A stretch of DNA of 64,000 nucleotides from an uncultured Gammaproteobacteria bacterium (lineage in GTDB: Bacteria > Patescibacteriota > Patescibacteriia > Magasanikbacterales > UBA922), in NCBI GenBank assembly GCA_964565405.1, contig CAZMEW010000002.1:20918-84917 (forward strand), given 5' to 3'. Below are positions 10,620 through 21,076 of the stretch, piece by piece. Position numbers and translations under genes: made by a program. The notes beneath the pieces are model-generated. The model had not been told where the DNA came from, did not search any database, and saw only the letters and a list, made by a program, of their open reading frames with translations. Numbering within the stretch: the stretch's first letter is position 1; every line of letters begins with the position of its first letter.

Positions 10620-11069
10620 ATGGATCTCAATCGAGCAATGATCCTGGGTCGTCTTACTCGAGACCCTGAGGTCAAAAGTACGCCTTCAGGGCAAAGTGTG
10701 GCAAATATCGGCGTTGCAACGAGTCGTGTCTGGAAGGACGCAGGCGGTACACGCCAGGAACGTCCCGAATATCACAATGTGGTATTGTGGGGGAAACTTG
10801 CGGATATTGCTGGTCAGTACTTGGGGAAAGGACGCCGCGTGTACATCGAAGGGCGACTTGAAACCCGAGATTGGACAGGGCAAGATGGAGTAAAGCGATA
10901 TCGGACTGAAATTATCGCAGAGAACCTAATCATGCTTGACGCTCCACGAGGAGGAAATGCATCGGGAGAAAACTTTGGAAGTTCACGAGATGAAGACCGA
11001 AGCCATACAGCCGCACCTTCAACGGCTGCGCCAGATGACGAGATAAAAGTAGAAGATATTCCGTTTTAA
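10620..11069 (+). CDS. ssb: single-stranded DNA-binding protein
   Basis: LNRAMILGRLTRDPE, KGRRVYIEGRL and C-terminal EDIPF. Confidence 0.97.
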   Translation: MDLNRAMILGRLTRDPEVKSTPSGQSVANIGVATSRVWKDAGGTRQERPEYHNVVLWGKLADIAGQYLGKGRRVYIEGRLETRDWTGQDGVKRYRTEIIAENLIMLDAPRGGNASGENFGSSRDEDRSHTAAPSTAAPDDEIKVEDIPF

Positions 11070-11084
11070 ATCATGAATTAATGT

Positions 11085-11318
11085 ATGAAAACAGTGAAGA
11101 ATCAAACGCAGAAAAAACAAAAACAATGTTATTTCTGTATCAATAAAGAAAAGCAAATCGATTATAAGGACAATGAAGGGTTGAGACGTTTCACCTCTTC
11201 ATATATGAAGATACAACCTCGAAGACGCAGTGGACTCTGTGCCAAACATCAGCGACATATTGCGAGAGCTATCAAGCAGGCTCGTATCGCAGGACTGCTC
11301 GCTTTTGTACCAAAATAA
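11085..11318 (+). CDS. rpsR: 30S ribosomal protein S18
   Basis: CYFC...IDYKD...L.RF...KI.PRR.SGLCAKHQR.IARAIK.AR. Confidence 0.97.
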   Translation: MKTVKNQTQKKQKQCYFCINKEKQIDYKDNEGLRRFTSSYMKIQPRRRSGLCAKHQRHIARAIKQARIAGLLAFVPK

Positions 11319-11335
11319 ATTTTTTCGAACACAGA

Positions 11336-11368
11336 TAAAAAACATCCGAGTATATCGGATGTTTTTTA
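11336..11368. terminator. intrinsic terminator after rpsR
   Basis: AAAAAACATCCGA-gtata-TCGGATGTTTTTT perfect inverted repeat with T tract. Confidence 0.85.
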
Positions 11369-11478
11369 TTGTAGATTAATAATAATCAAAATATGGTATA
11401 CTATTAAAAATAAAATTGTACAAAAACTTGTTGATATTAAAACAAAATTCAGAGCCAACAAAAGATAATATTTTTTGA

Positions 11479-13251
11479 ATGAGAAGAATAGTAAGAAACA
11501 CAGGGTTTACTCTGATTGAAGCCGTAATCGCAATCGGTATTTTTGCTATTTTTGTGACGGGAATCTACGGGAGTATACAACTGAGTTTTTCATTGGTTTA
11601 CCATTCTCGTGTGAGGATTCTGGGTACAGCCCTTTTAAACGAACAAATGGAGATTGTACATAACGCACCGTTTGATAGTATCGGTATTGTCAATGGGAGT
11701 CCTGCGGGTATATTCGAGTATGTGACAACCACCGAGAGAAATGGAGTAAAATTTGAAATTACACGCACGATACGTAATGTTGATGATCCATTTGATGGCA
11801 CCATTGGAGGTTCTCCTGCAGATACAGCGCCAAATGACTATAAATTTGTACAAATTGAAGTACGGTGTACCTCTTGTGGACAGGTACAACCGCTTTCAAT
11901 GTACACCTACATTGCCCCCAAATATTTGGAAGGAAATCTTAATCATGGAGCACTGTTTGTGCATGTAATAGACGCATATGGCGCTGCAGTATCAAATGCG
12001 TCTGTTACTATAATTGCAACCAGTACAAATCCTACATACAATTTTACCGATACGACTGATGTAAATGGTTATTTGCGTATTTATGATCTGGCAACTGGGA
12101 CCGCAAAATATTTTATACAGACTACGAAGAGTGGTTATACCGTGGATAGGACATACGCACCTAGCTCCACGAATCCGAATCCGAGTACTCCTCATATCAC
12201 TATTATTAAGCAGGCCGTTAGTAATTTGACTCTAACGATTGATCAGACTTCAACACTATCACTCACTACAAAAAATAATCAGTGTACGCCAGTAGCTGGA
12301 GTGCCAGTCCAGATAAAAGGAAGTAGACTTATCGGGACAAACCCGAGCGTATATCTAATAAATGAAAATTACACAACAAATGTACTAGGACAAACCGGTA
12401 TACTGGATGTGCCGTGGGATAGTTATGGTATGAGTGTTACGGGCTATGACTTGATTGGGACAATTCCTGATGTGCCGATGTCCATCCTACCTGGATCGTC
12501 GCAAGTTGGTGATTTGATTATAGGACCAAATACCACCCGATCACTAGTGGTAATGGCAAAAAATCAGGGGGCTCCAATCGCTGGAGCAACAGTAACGATA
12601 ACTGGGCCAAATAATTTTTCATTGATACAGAAAACCGGGGTTGGAAGTATTGCGCAAACCGATTGGTCACTCGGACCAGATAACGATGTATTTGGAGCAG
12701 GGCAGGGGTATAGTAGTGGAAGTGGTGTGGATCCATATACGAGTGCAGGAAATGTGACACTTGCAAAGAATGGTAGTGTGTATGTATCAAGTGGTTATCT
12801 TGAGTCTTCAACGATTGATACAGGTGAGAATCCACACTATGTTATATGGTCATGGAATCCTATCGCACAATCACCCTCGACAACGCTTCGTGTGCAGATT
12901 GCTACTAGTCCTTCGAGTACGGGACAAACGTGGAATTTTGTAGGACCCGATGGTACAAGTGCAACATATTTTACCGAAAACGACGTGACCATTTCTGGTG
13001 AACATGAGGGTGAGCAGTATATGAGATATCGAGTGTATCTTGATACGATCGATTCTTCCGTATCGCCGGTACTCTCTGATTTGACTCTTGTATACACAAA
13101 TGCGTGTACTCCTCCAGGCCAGGTATATGCTGGTGGGTTAGCAGCAGGACAATACACGGTTCACATACATGCTGATGGCTTCCAGGATCATGAAGATACA
13201 CTCGATGTAACGGGAGACCATTTCATAATAGCCGACCTAACTGCACTATGA
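11479..13251 (+). CDS. large type IV prepilin-like protein with C-terminal beta-sandwich (carboxypeptidase-regulatory-like) domains
   Basis: Class III signal peptide TG|FTLIEAVIAIGIF, followed by a long Thr/Ser/Gly-rich extracellular region with 'GA.V..A.VTI' repeats. Confidence 0.85.
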   Translation: MRRIVRNTGFTLIEAVIAIGIFAIFVTGIYGSIQLSFSLVYHSRVRILGTALLNEQMEIVHNAPFDSIGIVNGSPAGIFEYVTTTERNGVKFEITRTIRNVDDPFDGTIGGSPADTAPNDYKFVQIEVRCTSCGQVQPLSMYTYIAPKYLEGNLNHGALFVHVIDAYGAAVSNASVTIIATSTNPTYNFTDTTDVNGYLRIYDLATGTAKYFIQTTKSGYTVDRTYAPSSTNPNPSTPHITIIKQAVSNLTLTIDQTSTLSLTTKNNQCTPVAGVPVQIKGSRLIGTNPSVYLINENYTTNVLGQTGILDVPWDSYGMSVTGYDLIGTIPDVPMSILPGSSQVGDLIIGPNTTRSLVVMAKNQGAPIAGATVTITGPNNFSLIQKTGVGSIAQTDWSLGPDNDVFGAGQGYSSGSGVDPYTSAGNVTLAKNGSVYVSSGYLESSTIDTGENPHYVIWSWNPIAQSPSTTLRVQIATSPSSTGQTWNFVGPDGTSATYFTENDVTISGEHEGEQYMRYRVYLDTIDSSVSPVLSDLTLVYTNACTPPGQVYAGGLAAGQYTVHIHADGFQDHEDTLDVTGDHFIIADLTAL

Positions 13252-13871
13252 AATTTTTTATACAAAAAATTAGTGGTATAAGGGGTGCGTCATTGTTGGA
13301 AGCAGTTGTAGTATTAGGTATAACGACCATTGTCACATTGGCCGCAACATCTTTTATTATTTTGAGTTTTCGAAATCAGCGTGTAATCAATGATCAGCTA
13401 TTTGGACAAAAGGAAGCGCGGCGAATTGTAGCTGAAATTGTGAATACTGCACGCACCGCCGAATCATCAAGCATCGGTTCATATGCAATTGCAGAGGCGA
13501 CTACCTCATCGTTAACCATTTATGCAAACATCGATACGGATAGTTTGCGTGAACGAGTACATTATTGGGTTTCAGGCACTGATCTCAAGCGGGGTATTTT
13601 GAAACCCAGTGGTAATCCACTTGCATATACAGGCGCTGAGCAGGTAACTGTATTGGCACATGATGTACAGAATATCTCTCGAGGAATTGCAACGTTTCAG
13701 TATTTTACTGAAAGCTACACAGGAAGCGGATCGGCAATGACGGTACCCATTACGATTCCAAATGTGCGTATGATAAAAGTGATGGTTGAAATCGAGAAAG
13801 ATGTTACCAAGAGTCCGGTTCCCTTGCGAGTTGAGTCGTTAATTCATATACGGAATCTGAAGACCAATTAG
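13248..13871 (+). CDS. minor pilin, PilW/GspJ-like
   Basis: RG|ASLLEAVVVLGI prepilin-type N-terminus; C-terminal IRN motif; coupled to the upstream gene. Confidence 0.75.
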   Translation: MKFFIQKISGIRGASLLEAVVVLGITTIVTLAATSFIILSFRNQRVINDQLFGQKEARRIVAEIVNTARTAESSSIGSYAIAEATTSSLTIYANIDTDSLRERVHYWVSGTDLKRGILKPSGNPLAYTGAEQVTVLAHDVQNISRGIATFQYFTESYTGSGSAMTVPITIPNVRMIKVMVEIEKDVTKSPVPLRVESLIHIRNLKTN

Positions 13872-13875
13872 TATT

Positions 13876-15279
13876 ATGATGAAAAGTCATCTAGAAAGAA
13901 GAAAATATCCGGGCAATACACTACTCATTGTAATGGTATTCGGTACCGTAGCATTCGTATTAATGGTACTTGGTGTCTTAAGTTATGCACTTTTTGAACA
14001 TAAAATTTCAATGGAAGTCTATCGTCGTGATGTAGCCTTTCACATTGGTGAAGCAGGGATAAATTATTATCGCTGGCACCTGGCGCACAATCCAACTGAT
14101 TTTGCTGATGGCACAGGACAAGTCGGACAGACGTATACACACACACTGACAGATAAATTTGACGTTCCAGTTGGAACCTATGCAATCGGTATCTCATCCC
14201 CATTACCAAATTCCTCAGTTATCGCGGTCGCGTCTACTGGGACAGTACTTTCTTCCCCTAATGCAAATCGAACGCTCAAGGTCCGTCTGGGTTTTCCATC
14301 ATTCACAGATAGTGCATTCATTGAAAATGTAGATATGGAATTTAGTGCAACAACACAGGTGCACGGTGATGTAATGTCAAACGGCGGCATACGTTTTGAT
14401 GGGATAACCGATTCCTGGCTCAGGAGTGCGAAAACCACTTACAATTATCAAGGAGTAACCAAAAACGGCATATGGGGAATTGGAGGGCCGACATATTATT
14501 GGCAATTTCCCGTTCCTACTGCCGATTTTGCTTCAGTGTCTGCAGATCTTGCTGAAGTCAAAGCTGCAGCACAGAGCGGTGGAAAATATTTACTCTCTTC
14601 AGGAAAAGAAGGATATCAAATCGTATTTAATAATACACAATATACGGTGTATAAGGTAAATACGAGAGATTGTTATTATGGTGAAGGATCGTGGAGGCGA
14701 AATTGGCAAGGATGGTATTGGAATGGAACAACCTATTGTTATGATGTGGGAACCCGATCCTTAGTCGGAACGTATACACTCCCAGCGAATGGGACGATGT
14801 TTATTGAGGATAATACCTGGCTTGAGGGAACAGTAGATGGGCGTATCACCATTGGGGTGGGGAATTTTCCAGTACCATCGGATTATAAAGAGGTATTTAT
14901 TTCAAATAATCTACTACAAAAACAAAAATCAAGTGACGATGTTATTGGCATTATAGCGCAAGGTGACATCATCATACCCTACGAAGCTCCAAGTACAATG
15001 GAGGTTGATGCAGCCGCGCTCTCACAGTATGCAAAGATTTTTACTCCTTATTATAATCCGAATGAACATGCGGGAGCTCTCAAGAATTCTCTCACTTTCT
15101 TTGGTTCACAAATTTCTTACTCAGGTGGGGGATGGAAATATGTCACGGGACAAGGAACTGTAGTATCAGGATATTATAATACCAATCATGTGTATGATGG
15201 GAATTTGAAATATTATCCACCACCAGGGTTTCCTGTTGGATCAACATATGAATTGATCAGTTGGGAAGAAGTGAAGTAG
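13876..15279 (+). CDS. PilX/GspK-like minor pilin with large extracellular domain
   Basis: G|NTLLIVMVF (no Glu5), AFHIGEAGI motif typical of PilX N-termini, C-terminal YD...PPPGFP...SWEE. Confidence 0.75.
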   Translation: MMKSHLERRKYPGNTLLIVMVFGTVAFVLMVLGVLSYALFEHKISMEVYRRDVAFHIGEAGINYYRWHLAHNPTDFADGTGQVGQTYTHTLTDKFDVPVGTYAIGISSPLPNSSVIAVASTGTVLSSPNANRTLKVRLGFPSFTDSAFIENVDMEFSATTQVHGDVMSNGGIRFDGITDSWLRSAKTTYNYQGVTKNGIWGIGGPTYYWQFPVPTADFASVSADLAEVKAAAQSGGKYLLSSGKEGYQIVFNNTQYTVYKVNTRDCYYGEGSWRRNWQGWYWNGTTYCYDVGTRSLVGTYTLPANGTMFIEDNTWLEGTVDGRITIGVGNFPVPSDYKEVFISNNLLQKQKSSDDVIGIIAQGDIIIPYEAPSTMEVDAAALSQYAKIFTPYYNPNEHAGALKNSLTFFGSQISYSGGGWKYVTGQGTVVSGYYNTNHVYDGNLKYYPPPGFPVGSTYELISWEEVK

Positions 15280-15385
15280 GAGAAAGTAAAATTACTGTTA
15301 CTTTTCAATTTTTATTTTTCATTTACCTTCACATTGTGTTATACTATTGTGTAATCGTATCGTTTATTTTTCCTCAAAATATTCT

Positions 15386-16225
15386 ATGAATAGAGTAAAG
15401 AAAGGAGTAATCATCGTGGCAGGACTTGGGACGAGGTTTTTACCTGCAACCAAATCAATGCCTAAGGAGATGTTGCCAGTTCTTGATAAACCAGTAGTTC
15501 AATATATTGTTGAGGAAATGGTCGCGAGTGGAATCACTGAAATAATTTTTGTAACCAGCTCGCAAAAGCGTGCAATTGAGGATCATTTTGATCGTGACCG
15601 TGACTTCGAGGCGTATCTTGAGAGTCAAGGAAAACTAGATCGAATTCAATCACTGATTGACCTAAGCACAAAAGTACGGTTTTTTTATACCAGACAGGCA
15701 GAGCCTCTGGGAAATGGACATGCATTACTCTGTGCACGTGAGTTTATCGGGAAGGAATCGTTCGCGTTTTCAGATGGAGATAGTATTATTGATGCGGGTA
15801 CGCCTGTAGTAGCACAACTCTTGGAAATGTTCTATAAGAAAAAAGCTTCAGTAATTGGGGTGCAGAAAATACAAGATCAGGAAGCCATGTCAAAAAAATA
15901 TGGAAATGTATATGGAAAATCAGTCGGGAAAGGAATATACCGTGTAAGCGAATTTCGAGAAAAACCACCGATCAATGAAGTTTCTCCGTTGGGTCTTATT
16001 GTTGGAGGAATGAGATATGTATTCACCGAAGATATTTGGCCCATGCTTGAGGCTCAGGGCAAGGGTCGGGATGGGGAAATTTGGCTCTCCGATGCCGCAA
16101 ATATGCTGGCTAAGAAAAAAAAGTTCTTTGCGTATGAATATGAGGGCGAATATTTTGATACAGGAAATCCACTTGCACTGCTTAAAACTGCGATTCATTT
16201 TGCAGAAAAACAAGGATTGCTTTGA
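15386..16225 (+). CDS. galU: UTP-glucose-1-phosphate uridylyltransferase
   Basis: AGLGTRFLPATKSMPKEMLPVLDKP, RQAEPLGNGHA and FREKP. Start taken at ATG 15386. Confidence 0.9.
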   Translation: MNRVKKGVIIVAGLGTRFLPATKSMPKEMLPVLDKPVVQYIVEEMVASGITEIIFVTSSQKRAIEDHFDRDRDFEAYLESQGKLDRIQSLIDLSTKVRFFYTRQAEPLGNGHALLCAREFIGKESFAFSDGDSIIDAGTPVVAQLLEMFYKKKASVIGVQKIQDQEAMSKKYGNVYGKSVGKGIYRVSEFREKPPINEVSPLGLIVGGMRYVFTEDIWPMLEAQGKGRDGEIWLSDAANMLAKKKKFFAYEYEGEYFDTGNPLALLKTAIHFAEKQGLL

Positions 16226-16237
16226 GAATTTGAAACT

Positions 16238-16945
16238 ATGGCGCACCATTTTAAAAAAACCCAAAAAACATTATTTTTTACCCTGGTTATAGCAGCGATA
16301 ATATTCGGTAATGCACCATCGGTATTTAGTATGGGGTCTGGTGACGGAAATGGTGGATCAGCACAGCAGCCAGCTGATCAGCAAGGACCTTCTGGAAATG
16401 GGGTATCAGGAACTCAGAGTTGTGGAACGACTGCAGACTGTGAGCAGGGACAAGCTTGTGTGAATAATGTCTGTGTTGCGAGTAGTCAAAATTCTAATAC
16501 GGGTGATCAGAGCTTAGAAGCAAGTGGAAGTTGTAAGGAAGATACAGATTGTGCAGACGGACAGACATGCAAAAATTACTCCTGTGTTGGTCCAACAGGT
16601 TCAGGTACGAGTAATACAAGTGGGGTAGGGAATAATAATGGGGATGGTGGGGCCACAAGTCCGGCAGGTTTAGAAAAGCTTCGCGGATTTACCAAAGACT
16701 TGAACAAGCTAAAAGTGGGAAGTGCCCAGGAATTGATGGGAGTATTAATTAGAGGATTGATGGGTATACTCGGAACTATCGCATTAATCATGATGCTCTA
16801 TGGAGGTATACTCTGGATGACTGCTAGAGGGAATTCAGAAAGCACATCAAAAGCGAGAGATACCATCCTCTGGGCAGGATTGGGAATTGTGGTGATTTTT
16901 GCAAGCTACGCGTTAGTAAACTTTGTGTTTGAAATTTTTAGATAA
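16238..16945 (+). CDS. VirB2/TrbC-like pilin #1 with two Cys-rich repeats
   Basis: Signal peptide, two C-x4-C-x5-C-x4-C modules, then two TM helices around YGGILWMTARG...KARDTI...G.....SYA. Confidence 0.75.
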   Translation: MAHHFKKTQKTLFFTLVIAAIIFGNAPSVFSMGSGDGNGGSAQQPADQQGPSGNGVSGTQSCGTTADCEQGQACVNNVCVASSQNSNTGDQSLEASGSCKEDTDCADGQTCKNYSCVGPTGSGTSNTSGVGNNNGDGGATSPAGLEKLRGFTKDLNKLKVGSAQELMGVLIRGLMGILGTIALIMMLYGGILWMTARGNSESTSKARDTILWAGLGIVVIFASYALVNFVFEIFR

Positions 16946-17019
16946 CAGTGATTTGTTGGTTATTTTATTATCTGGTTTGTCGTATAAGTAGAACCAGTGA
17001 ATGAAATAACTAGAAAACT

Positions 17020-18405
17020 ATGAAAAACAGAAAGTACTCACTTGTTTTTTCAATCATACTAACCATAGTAATGGTTTTTTCTGGTTTTGGCTGTAAATCC
17101 TTAACCCAGCAAGAGCAGGCCGCGGTACGTCCTGTAACACTCAATTATTGGACAGTATTCAATGATGTTGAGGAATTGAAAAAATACGCAGCCGAATACA
17201 AGCTGATGCGCCCTCAGGTAACAATCAATATACGACAAGTACGGTATGAAGAGTTTGATCGATTGTTTACAAATGCACTCGCGGATGATGTGGGCCCAGA
17301 TATCGTTTCTATGCATGTCAGATGGCTCCGAAAAAATCAGGCACGCCTATCTCCCGCACCTTCAAGCGTACAGGTCTCACGTCTTGTCCTCAAAAATAAA
17401 TATACGAAGGAACAAGAGGTAGTGGTGGATACCATTCCTCTCCCAAAAGAAAAGGATATTCGGAGTGAATACGTGAAGTCAGTGCAAGAAGATGTGATTA
17501 TCGGGGGTAAAATTTATGGTCTACCTCTTGCGTTTGATTCTCTCGCATTGTTTTATAATCAAACACTTCTTGACCGGGGAGGAATTGCCGAACCACCGAA
17601 GACATGGGAAGAATTTGTAACCGCAGTACAAAAAACCACTCGATTCAGTTCAGCATTGGATATTACACAGTCTGGAGTTGCGTTGGGAACTGCTGCTAAT
17701 ATTGATAATTTTTTTGATATCATATCGTTGTTCATGCTCCAAAGTGGTGTTACGCCAGTGAGTAATGGGAGAATTACTTTCGCGAATGGTGTAGACAGAT
17801 CTCAGGATCGATCCGTGCCTGTGCTTCAGGCACTTGATTTCTATACCGGATTTGCAAAACCAACCGCTGATCGATATAGCTGGAATGAGCGGATGCAAAA
17901 CGCCTTTGATGAGTTCGTTCGAGGGAAAACAACTTTTTTTCTCGGCTTTGCATATGATTATCCGAGAATTAAGGGGAGAGCTCCACAGCTAAATATCCAG
18001 ATTGCACCTATTCCACAACTGAATCCAGGGAGCCCCTCGAATGTTGCAAATTATTGGGTAGAGTCAGTTGTAAAAAAATCAAAATATCAGAATGAAGCAT
18101 GGGATTTTGTGCGATTCATTACTTCAAAAGAAAAAGTTAAGACTTATACCGCATCAACCTTCCGCCCGAGTCCATATCGCGAGCAGGTGAGTGAACAACA
18201 AAAAGATGAGAAGATGGGCCCATTTGCGACCCAGGCATTGTTTGCGGACAATTGGTACCGTGGCCGTGAAAGTGATTTGGCGGTAACCGCAATGGAAGAT
18301 ATGATAACGGCGTTCTTGCGGCCAGGGAATACTGAAGAAGAAACACTAAAGAAAGATAAAGCAATAATTCTCAATACAGCGGCGAAGATTCAGCAAACGT
18401 ACTAA
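17020..18405 (+). CDS. extracellular solute-binding (lipo)protein, sugar-binding family 1 type
   Basis: Lipobox-like FGC, VTLNYWTVF, GPDIV, IYGLPL..DSLALFYN..L, PPKTWEEF and EAWDFV.F. Confidence 0.85.
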   Translation: MKNRKYSLVFSIILTIVMVFSGFGCKSLTQQEQAAVRPVTLNYWTVFNDVEELKKYAAEYKLMRPQVTINIRQVRYEEFDRLFTNALADDVGPDIVSMHVRWLRKNQARLSPAPSSVQVSRLVLKNKYTKEQEVVVDTIPLPKEKDIRSEYVKSVQEDVIIGGKIYGLPLAFDSLALFYNQTLLDRGGIAEPPKTWEEFVTAVQKTTRFSSALDITQSGVALGTAANIDNFFDIISLFMLQSGVTPVSNGRITFANGVDRSQDRSVPVLQALDFYTGFAKPTADRYSWNERMQNAFDEFVRGKTTFFLGFAYDYPRIKGRAPQLNIQIAPIPQLNPGSPSNVANYWVESVVKKSKYQNEAWDFVRFITSKEKVKTYTASTFRPSPYREQVSEQQKDEKMGPFATQALFADNWYRGRESDLAVTAMEDMITAFLRPGNTEEETLKKDKAIILNTAAKIQQTY

Positions 18406-18411
18406 ATAGTT

Positions 18412-19770
18412 ATGAGCAGTTTCAATATAAAATTCTTTGTAATCGCATTGGGAATTGCAATCGGATTTTTTTTGCTACCAGAACAAGTATCAGCTGCAAT
18501 AAGTTGGAATACGAGTGCTTCCTTTAAAACACCTGAAACATTACCAAACGCGGAAGCTAGCGCGACATGTTCACAATTTCATGACACAATACCGGTAACA
18601 GCAAATGAACCGCGAGCATATAATATAGGAGTTAGTGGTGCCACGGAAGACCCAGTGATCACATGTTTAAATTGTGGGCCGAACGCCTCTATTTCACCGG
18701 GAATATTACCAGGTTTGGGGAAATACGCGACACTTACATGGAATATTCAGAATGAAGTTGTGGCTAAGTGGGACTGGACGTATATTAAAGTAGCAGCTCA
18801 AGTGGGCGGGGAAAAAATCTATGGAGCAATTTGTATTAAAGTAGAACCGCGATACTCAAACATCCAAGTATGGACAGATAATGTCATTCCCTTAAGAACC
18901 GCCGCTCCTTCAATGTGTGAAGACAGTAAATTAATGGGTGAAGTCAAAGTTGGTGAAAATAAAAAAATATCGTTTGAAACAAAACTTAGCAGTACAGTAT
19001 CACCAGGAAGCACCGGGGATAAAACCTTTACTTGTATTGATTGCAAAGGAAATACGACGTATAAAAAAAATAGTGACACCTCGGCAACTCTTGAGTGGGA
19101 CACAACAGGGGTTGATCTAACAAAGTTTGGAAGCTATGCAATGTGGAGAGTCATTGTAAGTCGGACAGAAAACCAGGCTCAATTACAATTCGGATTAGCG
19201 TGTGTAAAAATTATAGGACGATGTGCAAAAACCGATGCCACTTCTTGTAAGGGTGAAACAGGATGTGTGTGGTTACCTGCGGGGAAATGTGTTTCAAATG
19301 ATGATGTGAGTGTTAAATGTTCAGAAATAAGTGACCGGAATGTATGCGTATCTTTACTACATTGTAGATTCGAAGAGAATAGCAAGACTTGTTTATTAAA
19401 AAGCCAGGTAAATGTTGCGGAAGCAATAGATGCGCAAATAGCACAGACACATGGCATGCCTGCGGGGTACACAGGTCCCCTGCCCCCCTGTGCGTTTACC
19501 GGCACTTGTAATAGTGTTGAAGATTTGGTTCAGCTTGGAGTGAATGTGGCGAACTGGCTATTCGGCATAATCGCCGGGTTAGGATTCGCATTTTTTGTGT
19601 ATGGAGGACTGACCATGATATTGTCTTTTGGAAATGCGGAGAAAGTAAGCAGTGGAAAACAAATTCTCGTTGCCGCTGCCATTGGGATGATCATTGCGTT
19701 TTCCGCGTACGTGCTCATAAGTTTTGTTGTCAAGGCAATTGGGATTAATCCGAATTTGGTACCGTTTTAA
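18412..19770 (+). CDS. VirB2-like pilin #2 fused to a large Cys-containing N-terminal region
   Basis: Signal peptide, two related ~110-aa blocks (TCLNC / TCIDC ... ATL.W ... CIK/CVK), Cys-rich linker, C-terminal pilin (YGGL.MI.S.GN.EKV..GK.IL.AA.IG). Confidence 0.7.
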   Translation: MSSFNIKFFVIALGIAIGFFLLPEQVSAAISWNTSASFKTPETLPNAEASATCSQFHDTIPVTANEPRAYNIGVSGATEDPVITCLNCGPNASISPGILPGLGKYATLTWNIQNEVVAKWDWTYIKVAAQVGGEKIYGAICIKVEPRYSNIQVWTDNVIPLRTAAPSMCEDSKLMGEVKVGENKKISFETKLSSTVSPGSTGDKTFTCIDCKGNTTYKKNSDTSATLEWDTTGVDLTKFGSYAMWRVIVSRTENQAQLQFGLACVKIIGRCAKTDATSCKGETGCVWLPAGKCVSNDDVSVKCSEISDRNVCVSLLHCRFEENSKTCLLKSQVNVAEAIDAQIAQTHGMPAGYTGPLPPCAFTGTCNSVEDLVQLGVNVANWLFGIIAGLGFAFFVYGGLTMILSFGNAEKVSSGKQILVAAAIGMIIAFSAYVLISFVVKAIGINPNLVPF

Positions 19771-19796
19771 TTTGAGAACAACTTTACATTAGTGCT

Positions 19797-21041
19797 ATGA
19801 TCCAGAAATTAAAAAATACAGTACAACTAGGTATAGTTTTTTTTATTCTAACAATATTTTTTGATGTCGGTGCGGCGCTTGCGGTCACTCCTACAGCACA
19901 AAAAACTTCTCAAGGTGCTGTTGATAGGTATACCTATGAAACAGCCTGTACCAATATCGGAAATACATTGAAGACAGCACGACATATTCTCGTGCCTACG
20001 AACGGATTTGGGGGACGAGTGTCATATGTATATCTGCACGGAAACGATCAGCCGAATGGGTCGGATCTGTGTTCTGGCAAATATCATCTCTGTCAGGTGG
20101 CAGATGAGTTAGCGGAGGCGATTATCATTCCAGAAACCAAAGTTACAGGAAATAGCGTGTCACAAACGGTGAGTAGTGCGCAAATGAAGTGTGTGCTCGA
20201 TGAAGCGCGTGCAGTCATGCTCGCGAATGGAGTAGAACTTCCAGCTACGTATAGTCTGGCTGCGCATAGCGCTGGTGCATGGTTGGCAAATAAAATTGTC
20301 GCGAACAATATTCAGGGCTACACGCTTCAGGATACTCTTATTTTCGATGGATGTTATGGAGGTGGAAATAATGGTACGGGCAGTGGGAACTGGTGTACCC
20401 AAATAGTGGGCAAGGTGCAGAAAATGTATGTGTATTATCAAAATGGTGATGAAGGAACGCCCGCTGGTTCAAAAGCAGTAAAAGATAGTGCGCCAACAAA
20501 AGTCGTGTTATCCGAGGTGGGCGCAACGCATTGGGAACTACCAGATCTGTGCTTTGCCGATCATAGGAGTGGGGATAGGTGTAAGGGGAGGGTAGATGCA
20601 ACTGGGAGAGCAGCTTCGTGTCAGATCGATGTTGATTGTGTAGAGTCGGGTCTCGTCTGTAGGGACGGAAGTTGTGTCAAAGATACTAGTGTGCCAGGTA
20701 CATTAACTCCGCCTACCAGTGGCGGATCTTCGGCACCTTCGGCAGGTACTAGTGGTTGCCGACCTGGACAAGATTGTGTGCCATTGACCAACCCGCTTGC
20801 AACTACGGATATTAAGGTGATAATGGGTAATACCATCAAAGTAGTGATGGGAATTGTCGGCTCGATAACGTTGGTGATATTTCTCTACGGAGGATTTCTC
20901 TGGCTCACATCTGGTGGAAATTCTGAGAAGATTCAGAAGGGGCTTCAAGCCATGCTGTGGGCAGGGATTGGTATCATTGTGGTTTTTAGTAGCTATGCTA
21001 TAATTACGTTAATTTTAACGACCCTACAACAGGCGCCGTAA
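19797..21041 (+). CDS. alpha/beta-hydrolase fused to VirB2-like pilin (#3)
   Basis: YLHG oxyanion motif, AHSAG nucleophile elbow, FDGCY, candidate catalytic His in ATHWEL, Cys module, then LTNPL...YGGFLWLTSGGNSEKI pilin domain. Confidence 0.72.
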   Translation: MIQKLKNTVQLGIVFFILTIFFDVGAALAVTPTAQKTSQGAVDRYTYETACTNIGNTLKTARHILVPTNGFGGRVSYVYLHGNDQPNGSDLCSGKYHLCQVADELAEAIIIPETKVTGNSVSQTVSSAQMKCVLDEARAVMLANGVELPATYSLAAHSAGAWLANKIVANNIQGYTLQDTLIFDGCYGGGNNGTGSGNWCTQIVGKVQKMYVYYQNGDEGTPAGSKAVKDSAPTKVVLSEVGATHWELPDLCFADHRSGDRCKGRVDATGRAASCQIDVDCVESGLVCRDGSCVKDTSVPGTLTPPTSGGSSAPSAGTSGCRPGQDCVPLTNPLATTDIKVIMGNTIKVVMGIVGSITLVIFLYGGFLWLTSGGNSEKIQKGLQAMLWAGIGIIVVFSSYAIITLILTTLQQAP

Positions 21042-21076
21042 TAAAAATATGGAAGTAAAACTTCAAAGGAAGGGAG

